Assembly: GCA_036351155.1 (NCBI GenBank)
Contig: JAZBOO010000163.1
Coordinates: 9,821-73,820 of the forward strand
DNA from: Candidatus Krumholzibacteriia bacterium
GTDB lineage: Bacteria > Krumholzibacteriota > Krumholzibacteriia > LZORAL124-64-63
Length of the DNA: 64,000 nt
Reading direction: 5' to 3'
Positions 19,601 to 29,140 of the stretch are shown here, in pieces. Made by a program: the position numbers and the translations under genes. Numbering within the stretch: position 1 is the stretch's first letter; every line of letters begins with the position of its first letter. Below the pieces are notes generated by a model, which saw only the letters and a program-made list of their open reading frames with translations, was not told the origin of the DNA and ran no database searches.

Positions 19601-20551
19601 CCTGATCTGCGGGCGGTCGTGGCCAGTGATAATGCCCGCATGACCAGCGTTTTCGTGGGCCCCGACAGCCTGCTGGTGCCCAAGTTCACGGGAGATTTCG
19701 AAATCCTCAAGGGGCGGTACACGGGCAACTTCAAGGAGAAGGAAGGGGCCATCGATCCCATGGCCGCCACCGTGGCCCCCGACTGGCTGGGAGACCTTCA
19801 ATTGCACGGGGCACCGCGGTCGTCGCGCATCATCAACCGCGAAATGGAACTCTTTCTGGGGGGAGACCTGGATCTGGTCCGGGACGAAACCGGCATGTAC
19901 CTGCGGGGAGCCATGGACGTCAATTCAGGTCGCCTGATCGTGTTCAACAACAGCTTCAAGGTGGTGCGCGGCCGGCTGGATCTGAGTCGCGAGGTGGGGT
20001 TCAATCCCATGATCGACCTGGATGCCACCACCAGCTACCGGCTCAAGAGTCAGGTGTCCAGCAACAGCATCATCGAGAACATCCAGGTGCACGTGGGCAA
20101 CACCATTCTGAGCCCGGAGATCACCTTCAGCAGCGACCGGGGCTACAGCCGGGAAGCCATCCAGCGTATGCTGCTGGGACTGGAGCCGTTTGCCACTCCC
20201 GAGGGAGATCGTGAGCGCCTGGCCAACACCTCCATCTCGGCGGGTTTCAACGTGATCGAGCGTGAAATCGCGCGGGAAATCCAGATCTTCGACACCTTCG
20301 AGATCGACCAGATCCAGCGCCAGAGCGAGACCGGGGCAGAGCTGGATCCCCTGATCGGGGTGGGCAAGTTCATCGGCAACGACCTGTACCTGAAGTTTGC
20401 CCAGGGAATCCGGCAGGATGACCGGGATATCCTGGTGGAATACCAGATCAATAACCATCTTCTGTTGCAGTCCGAGGTGCGCCGCCGGATCGACGAAAAC
20501 CAGGGCGGGGAAACCTACAACCTGGACCTCAAGTACCGCTTCGAATATTGA
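16685..20551 (+). CDS. tamB: Translocation and assembly module TamB (AsmA-like)
   Basis: 1288 aa; N-terminal TM anchor, long beta-rich body, DUF490-like C-terminus (VGKFIGNDLYL...DLKYRFEY). Confidence 0.85.
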   Translation: MMRWVKPAKLPVIIAWLIILGVVGWLSMNPRFVAPYASRLVGRHLLGIEEGGLQVRDFRVRIFEGMDLYGVSLTLPSASGGMTLASADTVEVDFLGQDLLAYVPRLRRVVISRPEIFSRSGTDTLGQSDPGAPEEMRGFPRILIEHLEIREGFFEFSGTDGKVTEEISRLDWSGSVRSDEEVALELHRCAIHWTSRQSILENLRGQVVIDREQIKVSPVYGTLNGHDARVTGTRRWSQELDIAVLGQGVSVAEIEDLIDMTIGFNARGNIAGSFVAANDTLTYAGTFTGELEGYQVEQLTGQAVVGSEDVLLSDLAGVINGASFTGGGHFDISRQDSVSFVLEGEVQDVDLAKGLIPEEDDLPVTDGRGYLRIEHTDLPLWTRVTGTLHDGFIEIIPFDTCRVDVVALGDEVHFNRVELDYRHLNAVLEGVSDSRQVFSGDLTAQSADVTTLPREWGWPALSGQMRGQGSLHGLLDDLDFTGVVTLDSLGLGPVAARTSRANLQVKRVLGDPLITAAVLGQGLSLGGVPFGDFRLEGSASSQMAVIDTFTAVYGDTSVGFDLSAVFTDTLQLFSLDSYSHLLEGTAWSINEPVAFSLRPGFFHLPALLLESEQGVLAMEALYHEGREVSGSLLLEEFDLGLLDPFLRSDEPLTGKITADVRVSGRPDDPVVQLSGLLTDSSFRLARVDSLQVDASFNQGTVWLNRVDLASEFGGLEVVGTVAHPGAGVEDFWPDAELDLDLVVHQGDWAFLEQFAIPALDRLAGTFDGQIQVAGTTSSPLIEGQVFSAPFHVHWLHLDQLTGTIWADSDALVLADLKGNKHDLALTGRLEIPVDLDFLSEPVTPLDEPFYMQLEIPANSNLAPLAQATNAFVQTSGRGSAHVVVSGPLVHPYYQGELQIREAGFVLRDLEEIYREASCDGTFQGDVLEVKNIRGQEGLRGTFEGEGQVVFKGLELESFDIKLNLDRFLLASIPDLRAVVASDNARMTSVFVGPDSLLVPKFTGDFEILKGRYTGNFKEKEGAIDPMAATVAPDWLGDLQLHGAPRSSRIINREMELFLGGDLDLVRDETGMYLRGAMDVNSGRLIVFNNSFKVVRGRLDLSREVGFNPMIDLDATTSYRLKSQVSSNSIIENIQVHVGNTILSPEITFSSDRGYSREAIQRMLLGLEPFATPEGDRERLANTSISAGFNVIEREIAREIQIFDTFEIDQIQRQSETGAELDPLIGVGKFIGNDLYLKFAQGIRQDDRDILVEYQINNHLLLQSEVRRRIDENQGGETYNLDLKYRFEY

Positions 20552-20566
20552 CCTCAAGGAGACTTC

Positions 20567-22933
20567 GTGAAGGATATTCTCGCCGATCTGAATGCCGCCC
20601 AGCACGAGGCGGTGACCGCACCGGATGGACCCGTGCTGGTGGTGGCGGGGGCCGGCAGCGGCAAGACCCGCGTGCTGACCACCCGCGTGGCCTGGCTGCT
20701 GGGAGAGAAGGGTGTCAGGCCAGGAGAGATCCTGGCCTTCACCTTCACCAACCGCGCTGCCAAGGAAATGCGCGAGCGGGTGGCCGCCAGCGTGGGCGAG
20801 GACCAGGCACCCTTCTGGATTGGCACTTTTCACGCCACCGGATTGAAAATCCTGCGCACCGACGGGGAATCGGTCGGCGTCAAGCGCGGATTCTCCATCT
20901 TCGATACCGATGACAGCAACAAGCTCCTGAAGCAGGCCATGGCCGATCTGAAGATCGACCCCAAGCAGTTCACGCCCCAGGGGACGCGGACTGTGATCAG
21001 CAAGTGGAAGAACGACGACATCGACCCGGGGAAAGCCAAAACACTGGCCAATTCGTTCGTGGAGGAAAAGTATGCCGCGCTGTTCGAAGCCTACGAGGCG
21101 GGGCTGAACCGGTGCAACGCCCTTGATTTTGATGACCTCATTCTGAAGACCGTGCACCTGCTGGAGCAGAACGAAGAGGTGCGGGCCAGGTACAGCCAGC
21201 GGTTTCGTCATGTCATGGTGGATGAGTTCCAGGACACCAACCCCCTGCAGATGGTCCTGGTCAAGCTGCTGACCAGCTGGCACGGCAACCTGTTCGTGGT
21301 GGGTGATGACGACCAGAGCATTTACAGCTGGCGAGGGGCGCGCATCGAGAACATGCTGCAGTTTGATGAGTTCTTTCCCGGAGCCCGGACCTTCCGGCTG
21401 GAACAGAACTATCGCAGCACCGGGCACATCCTGGCGGCGGCCAACGAGGTGATTGCCCACAACAAGCGCCGCAAGGGCAAGAACCTGTGGACCAGCGGCG
21501 GCGACGGGGATCTGCTGACCGAGGAAGAGTTTCACGATGATCAGGATGAGGCCGCCCGCCTGGTGGACATCGTGCGCGCCGAGGTGTCCGGAGGGATGAC
21601 GCGGGGGGACATCACCATCCTGTACCGCACCAACGCCCAGAGCCGGGTGCTGGAAGATGCGCTGCGCCGGGCCCATCTGCCCTACCAGATCGTGGGGAGC
21701 CTGCACTTCTACGACCGCAAGGAAGTGCGCGACCTCATGGCCTACCTGAAGTTCGTGGCCAATCCGGCCGACCAGATCGCGGCTTTGCGGGTCATCAATG
21801 TGCCCAAGCGGAAGATCGGAAACACCACGGTGGAGCGCCTGCAACGCCTGGCGGCCCGTGAAGATCTGACCCTGGGCGAGACGGCGGCCTACGGCGGACT
21901 CATGGAGCAGGAAATTGCTCCGGCGGCCTGCAAGCGGGTCCGCGACTTCTTCAACCAGGCGGCTCGGTGGCGCATGAGAGCGGCCGAAGGTGAGCCCATC
22001 CACGAGCTGCTCATGTCCATCATCAAGGATATCGGGTTCGAAACGCATCTGCAGAACGACGATCCCGAGACCGCCGGCACCCGCAACGAAAACGTGGCTG
22101 AACTGATCAACGCCGCCGGCAGTTTTCACGAGAGCAGCGGAGGCGGTTCGCTGGACCAGTTCCTCGAGCAGGTGGCGCTGGTCTCGGATCCTGACACCAT
22201 CCAGGATGACGAGGGAGTGGTGCGCCTGATGACCATCCACACCGCCAAGGGGCTGGAATTTCCCGTGGTGGTCATCACCGGCTGCGAGGACGACATCCTG
22301 CCGCACATCAACAGCCAGGACGAGGAACACACCCTGGAAGAAGAGCGCCGGTTGTTCTACGTGGCCTTGACCCGGGCGGAGAAGCGGGTGTACCTGCTGC
22401 ATGCCGCGCGTCGTCGCCGGTTCGGCACCTGGCAGGACAGCTTGCCCTCGCGCTTCTTGCCGGAGGTGCCGGATGAGCGGATCACCCGCCGCCATCTGGA
22501 CAAGCCGGAGCTCGGACACGTGGGGCAGTCGCTCTTCGGCGATTCCTGGGGAGCTGGGCGATCCGGATCAGCACGCGGCGGAGCGGGGAGGAAAACCACA
22601 CCGCCGGCCAGGTCGACCTGGAGCCGTGAGTCCGGGACGGCGCGATCGACCGGGAGCCGGTCCAATTCCGCTGCTGTGCCCGTACGGCCCGACCAGTGGG
22701 GCAGCAGCAATCGGAAGCCCAAGGCGCCCGCTCCAGCGGCCGGCTGGGATGCCGAGGTGAATCAGGATGTGCCCTACTTCACCGGCCAGACGGTCAGTCA
22801 CGGAATCTTTGGAACCGGGGCCGTGGTCCGGGTGGAAGGAAGCGGCGACGACATGCTGGTGACCGTCGACTTTGACAGTTCCGGCCGCAAGCACATCAAT
22901 CCGCGGTTTGCGCCGCTGGTGGTCATTGACTAG
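20567..22933 (+). CDS. uvrD: UvrD/PcrA SF1 DNA helicase with C-terminal Tudor-like domain
   Basis: AGAGSGKT, VDEFQD, VGDDDQSIY, LEQNYRS, TIHTAKGLEF, EERRLFYVALTRA; low-complexity linker, then VSHGIFGTG. Confidence 0.95.
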   Translation: MKDILADLNAAQHEAVTAPDGPVLVVAGAGSGKTRVLTTRVAWLLGEKGVRPGEILAFTFTNRAAKEMRERVAASVGEDQAPFWIGTFHATGLKILRTDGESVGVKRGFSIFDTDDSNKLLKQAMADLKIDPKQFTPQGTRTVISKWKNDDIDPGKAKTLANSFVEEKYAALFEAYEAGLNRCNALDFDDLILKTVHLLEQNEEVRARYSQRFRHVMVDEFQDTNPLQMVLVKLLTSWHGNLFVVGDDDQSIYSWRGARIENMLQFDEFFPGARTFRLEQNYRSTGHILAAANEVIAHNKRRKGKNLWTSGGDGDLLTEEEFHDDQDEAARLVDIVRAEVSGGMTRGDITILYRTNAQSRVLEDALRRAHLPYQIVGSLHFYDRKEVRDLMAYLKFVANPADQIAALRVINVPKRKIGNTTVERLQRLAAREDLTLGETAAYGGLMEQEIAPAACKRVRDFFNQAARWRMRAAEGEPIHELLMSIIKDIGFETHLQNDDPETAGTRNENVAELINAAGSFHESSGGGSLDQFLEQVALVSDPDTIQDDEGVVRLMTIHTAKGLEFPVVVITGCEDDILPHINSQDEEHTLEEERRLFYVALTRAEKRVYLLHAARRRRFGTWQDSLPSRFLPEVPDERITRRHLDKPELGHVGQSLFGDSWGAGRSGSARGGAGRKTTPPARSTWSRESGTARSTGSRSNSAAVPVRPDQWGSSNRKPKAPAPAAGWDAEVNQDVPYFTGQTVSHGIFGTGAVVRVEGSGDDMLVTVDFDSSGRKHINPRFAPLVVID

Positions 22934-24927
22934 CGAACAAGTGCCATTTTGCGGACGGTGCGATGTTTCCCTGAGCGGAACTCCATCCAGTAGATGCCGG
23001 CCGCCGGCCGGGGCGTGACCTGGGCAGGCTGCCAGGTCCAGCTCAGGGGGGTGGCCTCGGGATCCTCCTGCGGTCCCGTGCTCTGGATCGGCCCCAGGTC
23101 GAAGGCCGCCAGCTCATGGCCTCGCGCATCGAATAGCCTGGCCTTCAGCTGCCCAGCTTCGCGGGAGTAGATCCGGAAATCCGCGGCTTCCGCCACCGGA
23201 TTGGGCCAGGGACCATGCGCCTGCAGGGGCGGCACCGGAGCGCGGCCCGCGGTCATGAACACCAGCGTGTCCGGATCCACCGTGATCTCCTGCACCCATT
23301 CTTCCATTTCCCAGGTGAACGTCTGGTCACGCCGGCTCACCAGCACGGTTTCTTTCCGCAGGCCGGTGGTGGTGCGCAAAGCGACCGGCAACGCCACTTC
23401 AAACAGGGTGTCCTGATTCTGAACCACCCTCAGAGTGGCCTGGTTTTGCGAAATGCTGGTCCGGGTCCACAGCTGGGGCACCTCGCTTGTTTCCAGCCAG
23501 GGAGTGAAAAAACCATCGAGAGAGCGGCCGGCCTGATCTTCGGCCCGCGCGATGAAATCCCTCGTGCCCACATTGCTGTGGACCAGCGCCGGATCGGTCA
23601 CGTAGGAGTACAGCAGAGCATCAAAGGCCTGGTCACCCAGCAACAGGCGCAGGGAATGCAGCAACCAGGCCCCCTTGTCATAGATCAGGATGTTGGGGAG
23701 GATGGGGTCCGGATCGCCCAGCAATCCCATTTCCTGGAACAGATCCGGATGTCCCTCGCGGCCAATCGAGGCCATGAATTTCCGGTAGGCCGCCGGACCC
23801 TGGGTTTGCTCCACCCAGAGGGCCTCGCTGTAGCGGGCAAACCCCTCGTTGAGCCAGATGTCCGACCATTGTGCCGGGGACAGACTGTTCCCGAACCAGT
23901 GATGGGCCAGCTCATGCACCACGAGCAGTTCGTGCTGCCGGTCACCGGTCAAGAACATCTGGCTGACGCTGGTGGCCGTGGCGTGCTCCATGGCGCCCAC
24001 CCACTTGATCTCCACCTGAGCATATTTCTCCCCGGCAAAGGGATAGGGCCCGAAGCGGTCGGCCAGAAATTCCAGCATGGCGCAGGTGGGGGCAAAATCG
24101 ATCTCGGCATGGGCCCGATCGCTGGGAAACACGTGGTATTCCAGCGGCACGTCTCCACACATCTCGGTCCAGGTGGAATAATTGCTGGCCGCCACGCTGA
24201 CCAGGTAGGTGGGCAGAGGGTATTCTTCTCGCCAGGCGAAACGGCGCCACCCGGGGGCCGGATGGGTGACCTCCAGCAGGCGGCCGTTGGACACGGCACT
24301 CAATGTGTCGGGAACGGTCACGGCCAGGGAAACCAGAGCCTTGTCGGCGGGGTGATCCTTGCAGGGCCACCAGGCGTGGGCCGACCAGGGCTCGGAGATG
24401 TTGGCGATGATGGGGACGTCGTCCGCAGGGTCGGTGGGCGTGCCGGCATTGTGCTGGCGGAATAGAAGGCCCACCTGAAGCTGCCCGTGGCGTGGCGGCC
24501 GGCCCTCCCAGAAGGTGGTCAGGGTGTCCGGGACTCCTGGTACCGGGGGAGTGGCCAGGTGCACCAGAATGGCATCACCTTCCCGGCTGAAGACCAGGTC
24601 CTGGTCACCATCCCTGACCGCGGTGCAGGTCAACTCCTCCACCAGATCCAGCTGCACGGTGGTCAGCCCGGGAGCGGTGGGGGCCCAGCCCATGTCCACC
24701 TGGCCGCGGATGAAAAGGGAAGAGGGGTCCAGGTGAATATCCAGGTCGTAGCTGAGGACATCAAAGCCGCGCTCATCAGCCGGTGGTGGGGGATAGTCTC
24801 CAACCAGAAGCGACCCAGATGGCGGTGTATGCACCGGAGAGGGAAGGGGGGCGGCGGCTCCTGTGAAACCGACCAGCAGCAGACAGGTGGTCACAGCAAG
24901 TCCGGGGCCGCGTACTGCCCACCTCAC
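22930..24927 (-). CDS. Secreted M1 family aminopeptidase with T9SS/FlgD-like C-terminal domain
   Basis: Signal peptide from GTG 24927; WWPCKDHP, GAMEH, HELAHHWFGN, WLNEGFA, YDKGAW; CTD PWPNP...FDARG...AGIYW...RKMALVR. Confidence 0.88.
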   Translation of the reverse strand: MRWAVRGPGLAVTTCLLLVGFTGAAAPLPSPVHTPPSGSLLVGDYPPPPADERGFDVLSYDLDIHLDPSSLFIRGQVDMGWAPTAPGLTTVQLDLVEELTCTAVRDGDQDLVFSREGDAILVHLATPPVPGVPDTLTTFWEGRPPRHGQLQVGLLFRQHNAGTPTDPADDVPIIANISEPWSAHAWWPCKDHPADKALVSLAVTVPDTLSAVSNGRLLEVTHPAPGWRRFAWREEYPLPTYLVSVAASNYSTWTEMCGDVPLEYHVFPSDRAHAEIDFAPTCAMLEFLADRFGPYPFAGEKYAQVEIKWVGAMEHATATSVSQMFLTGDRQHELLVVHELAHHWFGNSLSPAQWSDIWLNEGFARYSEALWVEQTQGPAAYRKFMASIGREGHPDLFQEMGLLGDPDPILPNILIYDKGAWLLHSLRLLLGDQAFDALLYSYVTDPALVHSNVGTRDFIARAEDQAGRSLDGFFTPWLETSEVPQLWTRTSISQNQATLRVVQNQDTLFEVALPVALRTTTGLRKETVLVSRRDQTFTWEMEEWVQEITVDPDTLVFMTAGRAPVPPLQAHGPWPNPVAEAADFRIYSREAGQLKARLFDARGHELAAFDLGPIQSTGPQEDPEATPLSWTWQPAQVTPRPAAGIYWMEFRSGKHRTVRKMALVR

Positions 24928-24937
24928 GATGACCGGA

Positions 24938-25252
24938 TCATGGCGTCCATTCCACGCCGCAGTTCCAGCAGGTGTCGAAACCGGCCTCGATATGCTCCTG
25001 GCAACCCGGGCAGGTCCAGGGAGACTCCACCAGGGTCCGGGCCAGGGGGCTGAGCAGGTCCCGCACCTGGCCACTATCTTCTTGCCGAACCAGCAGGCGG
25101 ACCCCTACCAGCATGTCCATCTGAGGATACATGCCGTCACAGTTGTCAGTGGAAACCCAGGATTCTACTCCCAGGGCCTCCAGCCGGGCCTGATCGATCA
25201 GGGCCTCGGTTTCGCTGCCGTACCTCTTGGCCACCACGGTTGCGTCTTGCAT
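24938..25252 (-). CDS. DUF2007-like protein with C-terminal zinc ribbon
   Basis: EA.I...RLEALGVES, VRLLV; WTCPGC...FDTCWNCG; RBS GGAGG. Confidence 0.8.
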   Translation of the reverse strand: MQDATVVAKRYGSETEALIDQARLEALGVESWVSTDNCDGMYPQMDMLVGVRLLVRQEDSGQVRDLLSPLARTLVESPWTCPGCQEHIEAGFDTCWNCGVEWTP

Positions 25253-25672
25253 GGCTCACCTCCTGTTATCCTCAGTCTAGCATCTTTGCGCGGGCCTGGC
25301 AAAGCACAGGCCTTGACCACGGAAAAGTTGGGCGATCAGGGCAGAGTTTCGGGTCGGGCCTGGCTCCCGGACGGTTCGGAGCGCTGTCCGTGCAGCTTTT
25401 CTGGTCTTGTAAGTCATTAAAAATAAGGAAATCTCTAGCAGGAGTATAAGGAAAATCTTTATTTCTTTTTCGCCTATCTGATTTTTGCTAGTATTCCGTC
25501 CTCGCGAAGATTGCCGCTTGACGGGACGGGTCTTCATCTCACGGACTTCCCGTCATGGCAGGGTCATTCAAGGATTGAATGCCCGGAGCTAACAGGGAGG
25601 TAATGACAAGAGCAGGTTATCTTGCCATCCGCCTTGCATTCATCCTTCTTCGGAAACCTGGGCCCTCATCCC

Positions 25673-27424
25673 ATGGCTTCCCGGCAATCCTGGCTCCCTG
25701 GATTGCGACTGCAGCGGGGTTCCGCAGGCAGAGCCCCTCAATTCCAGCAAAAACTCCAGGAATTCGTCGACAATCTCCCGGACCCGACTTTTATCATCGA
25801 CACCAGAAAACGGGTGCTGGCCTGGAATGGAGCCCTGGCGGCGCTGACCGGAGTGTCCTCCTCGGAAATCCTGGGAAAGGGGCAGGGAGATCACGCCGTT
25901 CCCTTCCCCGGAGAGGCGGTCCCGGTCCTGGCGGATCATTTCGGGGATGTGGATGACGAGCACTGGCGGCAGCACTACGACCGGGTTGAAACCCGAGGAG
26001 ACACCGTGTACGCCGAGGGTTTCTTTCCTTTCCTCCACGGGGGGAGAGGGGCCCACCTGAGCGTCACGGCCTCTCCCTTCCGTCGGCGTGATGGTCAGAT
26101 CATCGGCGCGATCCAGACCATGAGAGACCTGACAGGCCCTCGAGATCGGGAAGGCTCTCTTCGGCAGAGGGAAGATGACCGCCGTATCCGTGACTTGAAC
26201 GAGATGCTGGAACAGAGGGTCATCGAGGGCACTCACGAACTCCTGGCCATGAACAAGGCGCTTCGCCTCAGCGAAGAGCGTTTCCGTCGGATCATCGAAA
26301 GCCTGCAGGAGGGGTACATCTTCTATTCCCGGACCACCGATGGTCAATTCACCTACGTCAGTCCCTCCTATCGCAAGATCCTGGGTTTGTCAGACCTGGG
26401 CGACTTCTCTTCGCGTTTTGCCGCCTGGTTGCAACGGGGGGACAACCGGCCGGCCCGGGAGGCTGCTGAGAAAATAAACCTCGGCTACCGTCAGGACCCT
26501 GAGGATTTCCACATTCAGTGCCGGGACGGAAAACTCAGGACCATGGAAATCCAGGAAACCCCCGTATTCCGGAAGAATGGGGCCATCTCCTCCGTGGAAG
26601 GTCTGCTGAGGGACGTCACCCAAGATCGCCACAACCAGGCGCTCATGGAGCAGACCCAGCAGCAGTTGATCCAGTCGGAAAAGCAGGCGGCGCTGGGCAG
26701 CATGGTGGCCGGGCTGTCCCACGAAATCAACACGCCCCTGGGTATTGGCGTGACCGCGGCCTCTCATCTGGTCGAGGAGATCAAGCAGTGTCTTCAGGCG
26801 TACTCCGCCCGCCAGCTGACTCAGGGACAGTTTGAAAATTACCTGTCCGAGGCCGGGGAGTCCGCCCAGCTGATCCAGGCCAACCTGAATCGCGCCACCG
26901 ACCTGTTGCAGAATTTCAAGCAGGTGGCCACGGACCAGACGGCGGCCAAGGAGAGGTCCTTCAAGCTGGACGAGTACCTGGGTGACGTCGTGCAAAGCCT
27001 GAAGCCCCGGTTCAAGAACACAGGGTTCCGCATTGTTTGCCGATGCCCCGAGGATCTGGTCCTGCATTGCGATCCAGGAGCTCTTTACCAGGTCCTGTCC
27101 AATCTGGTCATGAATTCCTTGACCCATGGTTTCGAAGGGCTGCTGGTGGGGGAGATCTCCATCCGCGCCCACCGGCGGGGTCCCTTTCTGGAACTGGACT
27201 ACCGGGACAACGGAAACGGCATGAAACCCCACGAACTGCGGCGCCTCTACGAACCGTTCTTCACCACCAAGAGGGGCCGGGGTGGGACGGGGCTCGGCAT
27301 GCATATCGTGTACAACAACGTCACCAAGACGCTGGGCGGAAACATCAAGTCCACCAGCAAGCCAGGCAGGGGAACCCGCATCACCATCACACTGCCGCTG
27401 ACCGGAGAGGCTGACCATGTCTGA
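25673..27424 (+). CDS. Cytoplasmic PAS-PAS sensor histidine kinase
   Basis: Two PAS domains; H-box SHEINTPLG, N-box NLVMNS, DNGNG, PFFTTK, GTGLG; no TM. Start uncertain (25622/25673). Confidence 0.92.
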   Translation: MASRQSWLPGLRLQRGSAGRAPQFQQKLQEFVDNLPDPTFIIDTRKRVLAWNGALAALTGVSSSEILGKGQGDHAVPFPGEAVPVLADHFGDVDDEHWRQHYDRVETRGDTVYAEGFFPFLHGGRGAHLSVTASPFRRRDGQIIGAIQTMRDLTGPRDREGSLRQREDDRRIRDLNEMLEQRVIEGTHELLAMNKALRLSEERFRRIIESLQEGYIFYSRTTDGQFTYVSPSYRKILGLSDLGDFSSRFAAWLQRGDNRPAREAAEKINLGYRQDPEDFHIQCRDGKLRTMEIQETPVFRKNGAISSVEGLLRDVTQDRHNQALMEQTQQQLIQSEKQAALGSMVAGLSHEINTPLGIGVTAASHLVEEIKQCLQAYSARQLTQGQFENYLSEAGESAQLIQANLNRATDLLQNFKQVATDQTAAKERSFKLDEYLGDVVQSLKPRFKNTGFRIVCRCPEDLVLHCDPGALYQVLSNLVMNSLTHGFEGLLVGEISIRAHRRGPFLELDYRDNGNGMKPHELRRLYEPFFTTKRGRGGTGLGMHIVYNNVTKTLGGNIKSTSKPGRGTRITITLPLTGEADHV

Positions 27425-29078
27425 TCGCGAACGCCCCGGGGGGGATGAAGACAAGATGCTGGTTTTCGCGGCCGAGGAACAAGGCGGCTTGGAGTCGCCG
27501 GAGTTTGACCTGGCCGCAGCATCTCCATATTCCCTGTTGATCGTCGATGATGAGCAGGAAGTCCACACCATGACGCGTCTGGTCCTGAAAAACTATCAGT
27601 TTGAAGGGCGCGGACTGCACCTGCTGAGCGCCTACAGCGGGGTGGGGGCTCGGCAGGTTTTGCGGGATCATCCCGGGGTGGCGGTCATTTTGCTCGATGT
27701 GGTGATGGAGCGCGAAGACTCGGGTCTGAAGCTGGTGCGGTACATTCGCGAGGAGCTGGGCAACCACATGGTCCGGATCATCCTGCGCACGGGGCAGCCG
27801 GGGCAGGCCCCGGAAATGGAGGTTGTGGCCCAGTACGACATCAATGACTACAAGGCCAAGACCGAGCTGACAGCTCAGAAGCTGTTCACCACCGTCACCA
27901 GTGCGCTCCGGTCCTGGCGGGATTTGCAGACCATTGCGCGGAGTCGGCGGGGGCTGCGCCGGGTCATCGACGCCAGCGGGCCTCTGTTTGCCGGCCACGC
28001 ATCACCGCCCTTTTGCCAGGGTGTTCTGGACAACTTGCTGAACCTGGCCGGCCCGGAAGATATCCCCGGATCCCTCGATTCTTCGCACCGGGCAATGTCT
28101 GGTCTCGTGGCTCTGGGCATGGGGGACGAGCTGGTCATTCAGGCGGGCCGTGGGCAGTACGCGGGCTACGAGGGGCGTCTGGTCGATACCGTTGTCCGGG
28201 ACACCGCCGGTCACATGGTATCCCGTGCCGGGCGCATGGGGTGCGAATTCTTTTTCAACAACAGCTTCGTATCCTGCATCAAGGGCGATGAGGGGAAGCG
28301 TATCCTCTTCCTGGTCCGAGGTGAAAAATATGGCATCAGTCTGGACAAGGACTTGATCCGCATCTACATGGCCAAGGTGGCGCTGGCTTTCCACAACATG
28401 AACCTCAATCAGGAAATGATCGAAACCCAGAAGGAGATTATTCACACCCTGGGTGAGGTGGTGGAAACCCGCAGCAAGGAAACCGCCAACCACGTGCTGC
28501 GGGTGGGTATGATGGCTCAGTTGCTGGCGGCCAAGGCGGGGCTGAGCGATGAGGATGTCCAGACCATCCGGGTGGCGGCGCCCATGCACGATGTGGGCAA
28601 GGTGGGCATTCCCGACGCCATCCTGAACAAGCCGGGAAAGCTGACCGCCGAGGAGTACGAGGTCATCAAGACCCACGCCATCATCGGGCACGAAATCCTG
28701 GCCAAGAGCAGTCGGCGCATCATCAAGGCGGCGGCGGTGGTGGCCCATCAGCACCACGAGCACTGGAACGGCGAGGGATACCCGCAGGGATTGCAGAGAA
28801 AAGCCATCCACGTCTTTGGTCGGATCACGGCCATCGTGGATGTCTTCGATGCGGTGATCAACAAGCGCTGCTATCGGGAGCCCAAGGAACTGGCCGAGGT
28901 GGTGAAGATACTGCGAACGGGGCGAGACACACATTTCGATCCGGAACTGGTGGACATTTTTCTCGCTCATCTGACCGAATTCTTGAGTATTGTCCAGGCC
29001 TACCCCGATCATCCGCCTCGTCGAGGCCTCCAGCAACAAGCCCAGGCTTGCGGTGGGACCGGTTTGCAGCGAGAATGA
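27417..29078 (+). CDS. Response regulator REC-DUF3369-HD-GYP (cyclic di-GMP phosphodiesterase)
   Basis: IVDDE, LLDVVME, RIILRTGQPG; HDVGKVGIPD, HHEHWNGEGYP. Confidence 0.92.
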   Translation: MSDRERPGGDEDKMLVFAAEEQGGLESPEFDLAAASPYSLLIVDDEQEVHTMTRLVLKNYQFEGRGLHLLSAYSGVGARQVLRDHPGVAVILLDVVMEREDSGLKLVRYIREELGNHMVRIILRTGQPGQAPEMEVVAQYDINDYKAKTELTAQKLFTTVTSALRSWRDLQTIARSRRGLRRVIDASGPLFAGHASPPFCQGVLDNLLNLAGPEDIPGSLDSSHRAMSGLVALGMGDELVIQAGRGQYAGYEGRLVDTVVRDTAGHMVSRAGRMGCEFFFNNSFVSCIKGDEGKRILFLVRGEKYGISLDKDLIRIYMAKVALAFHNMNLNQEMIETQKEIIHTLGEVVETRSKETANHVLRVGMMAQLLAAKAGLSDEDVQTIRVAAPMHDVGKVGIPDAILNKPGKLTAEEYEVIKTHAIIGHEILAKSSRRIIKAAAVVAHQHHEHWNGEGYPQGLQRKAIHVFGRITAIVDVFDAVINKRCYREPKELAEVVKILRTGRDTHFDPELVDIFLAHLTEFLSIVQAYPDHPPRRGLQQQAQACGGTGLQRE

Positions 29079-29140
29079 TACTTTCACATTCTTGCCGAAG
29101 GCCAGGTGCCTTCGTTTTCCCGTGACCAGGAGGCAATCCT

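Noticed and set aside
22515..22545. GQSLF in the UvrD linker as a clamp-binding motif
   Set aside because: Spacing does not fit QxxLF and it is internal; too weak.
25579..25956. Alternative-frame ORF with GGAGG near ATG 25603
   Set aside because: RBS spacing is too short, the translation has no recognizable features, and it overlaps the kinase PAS domain.
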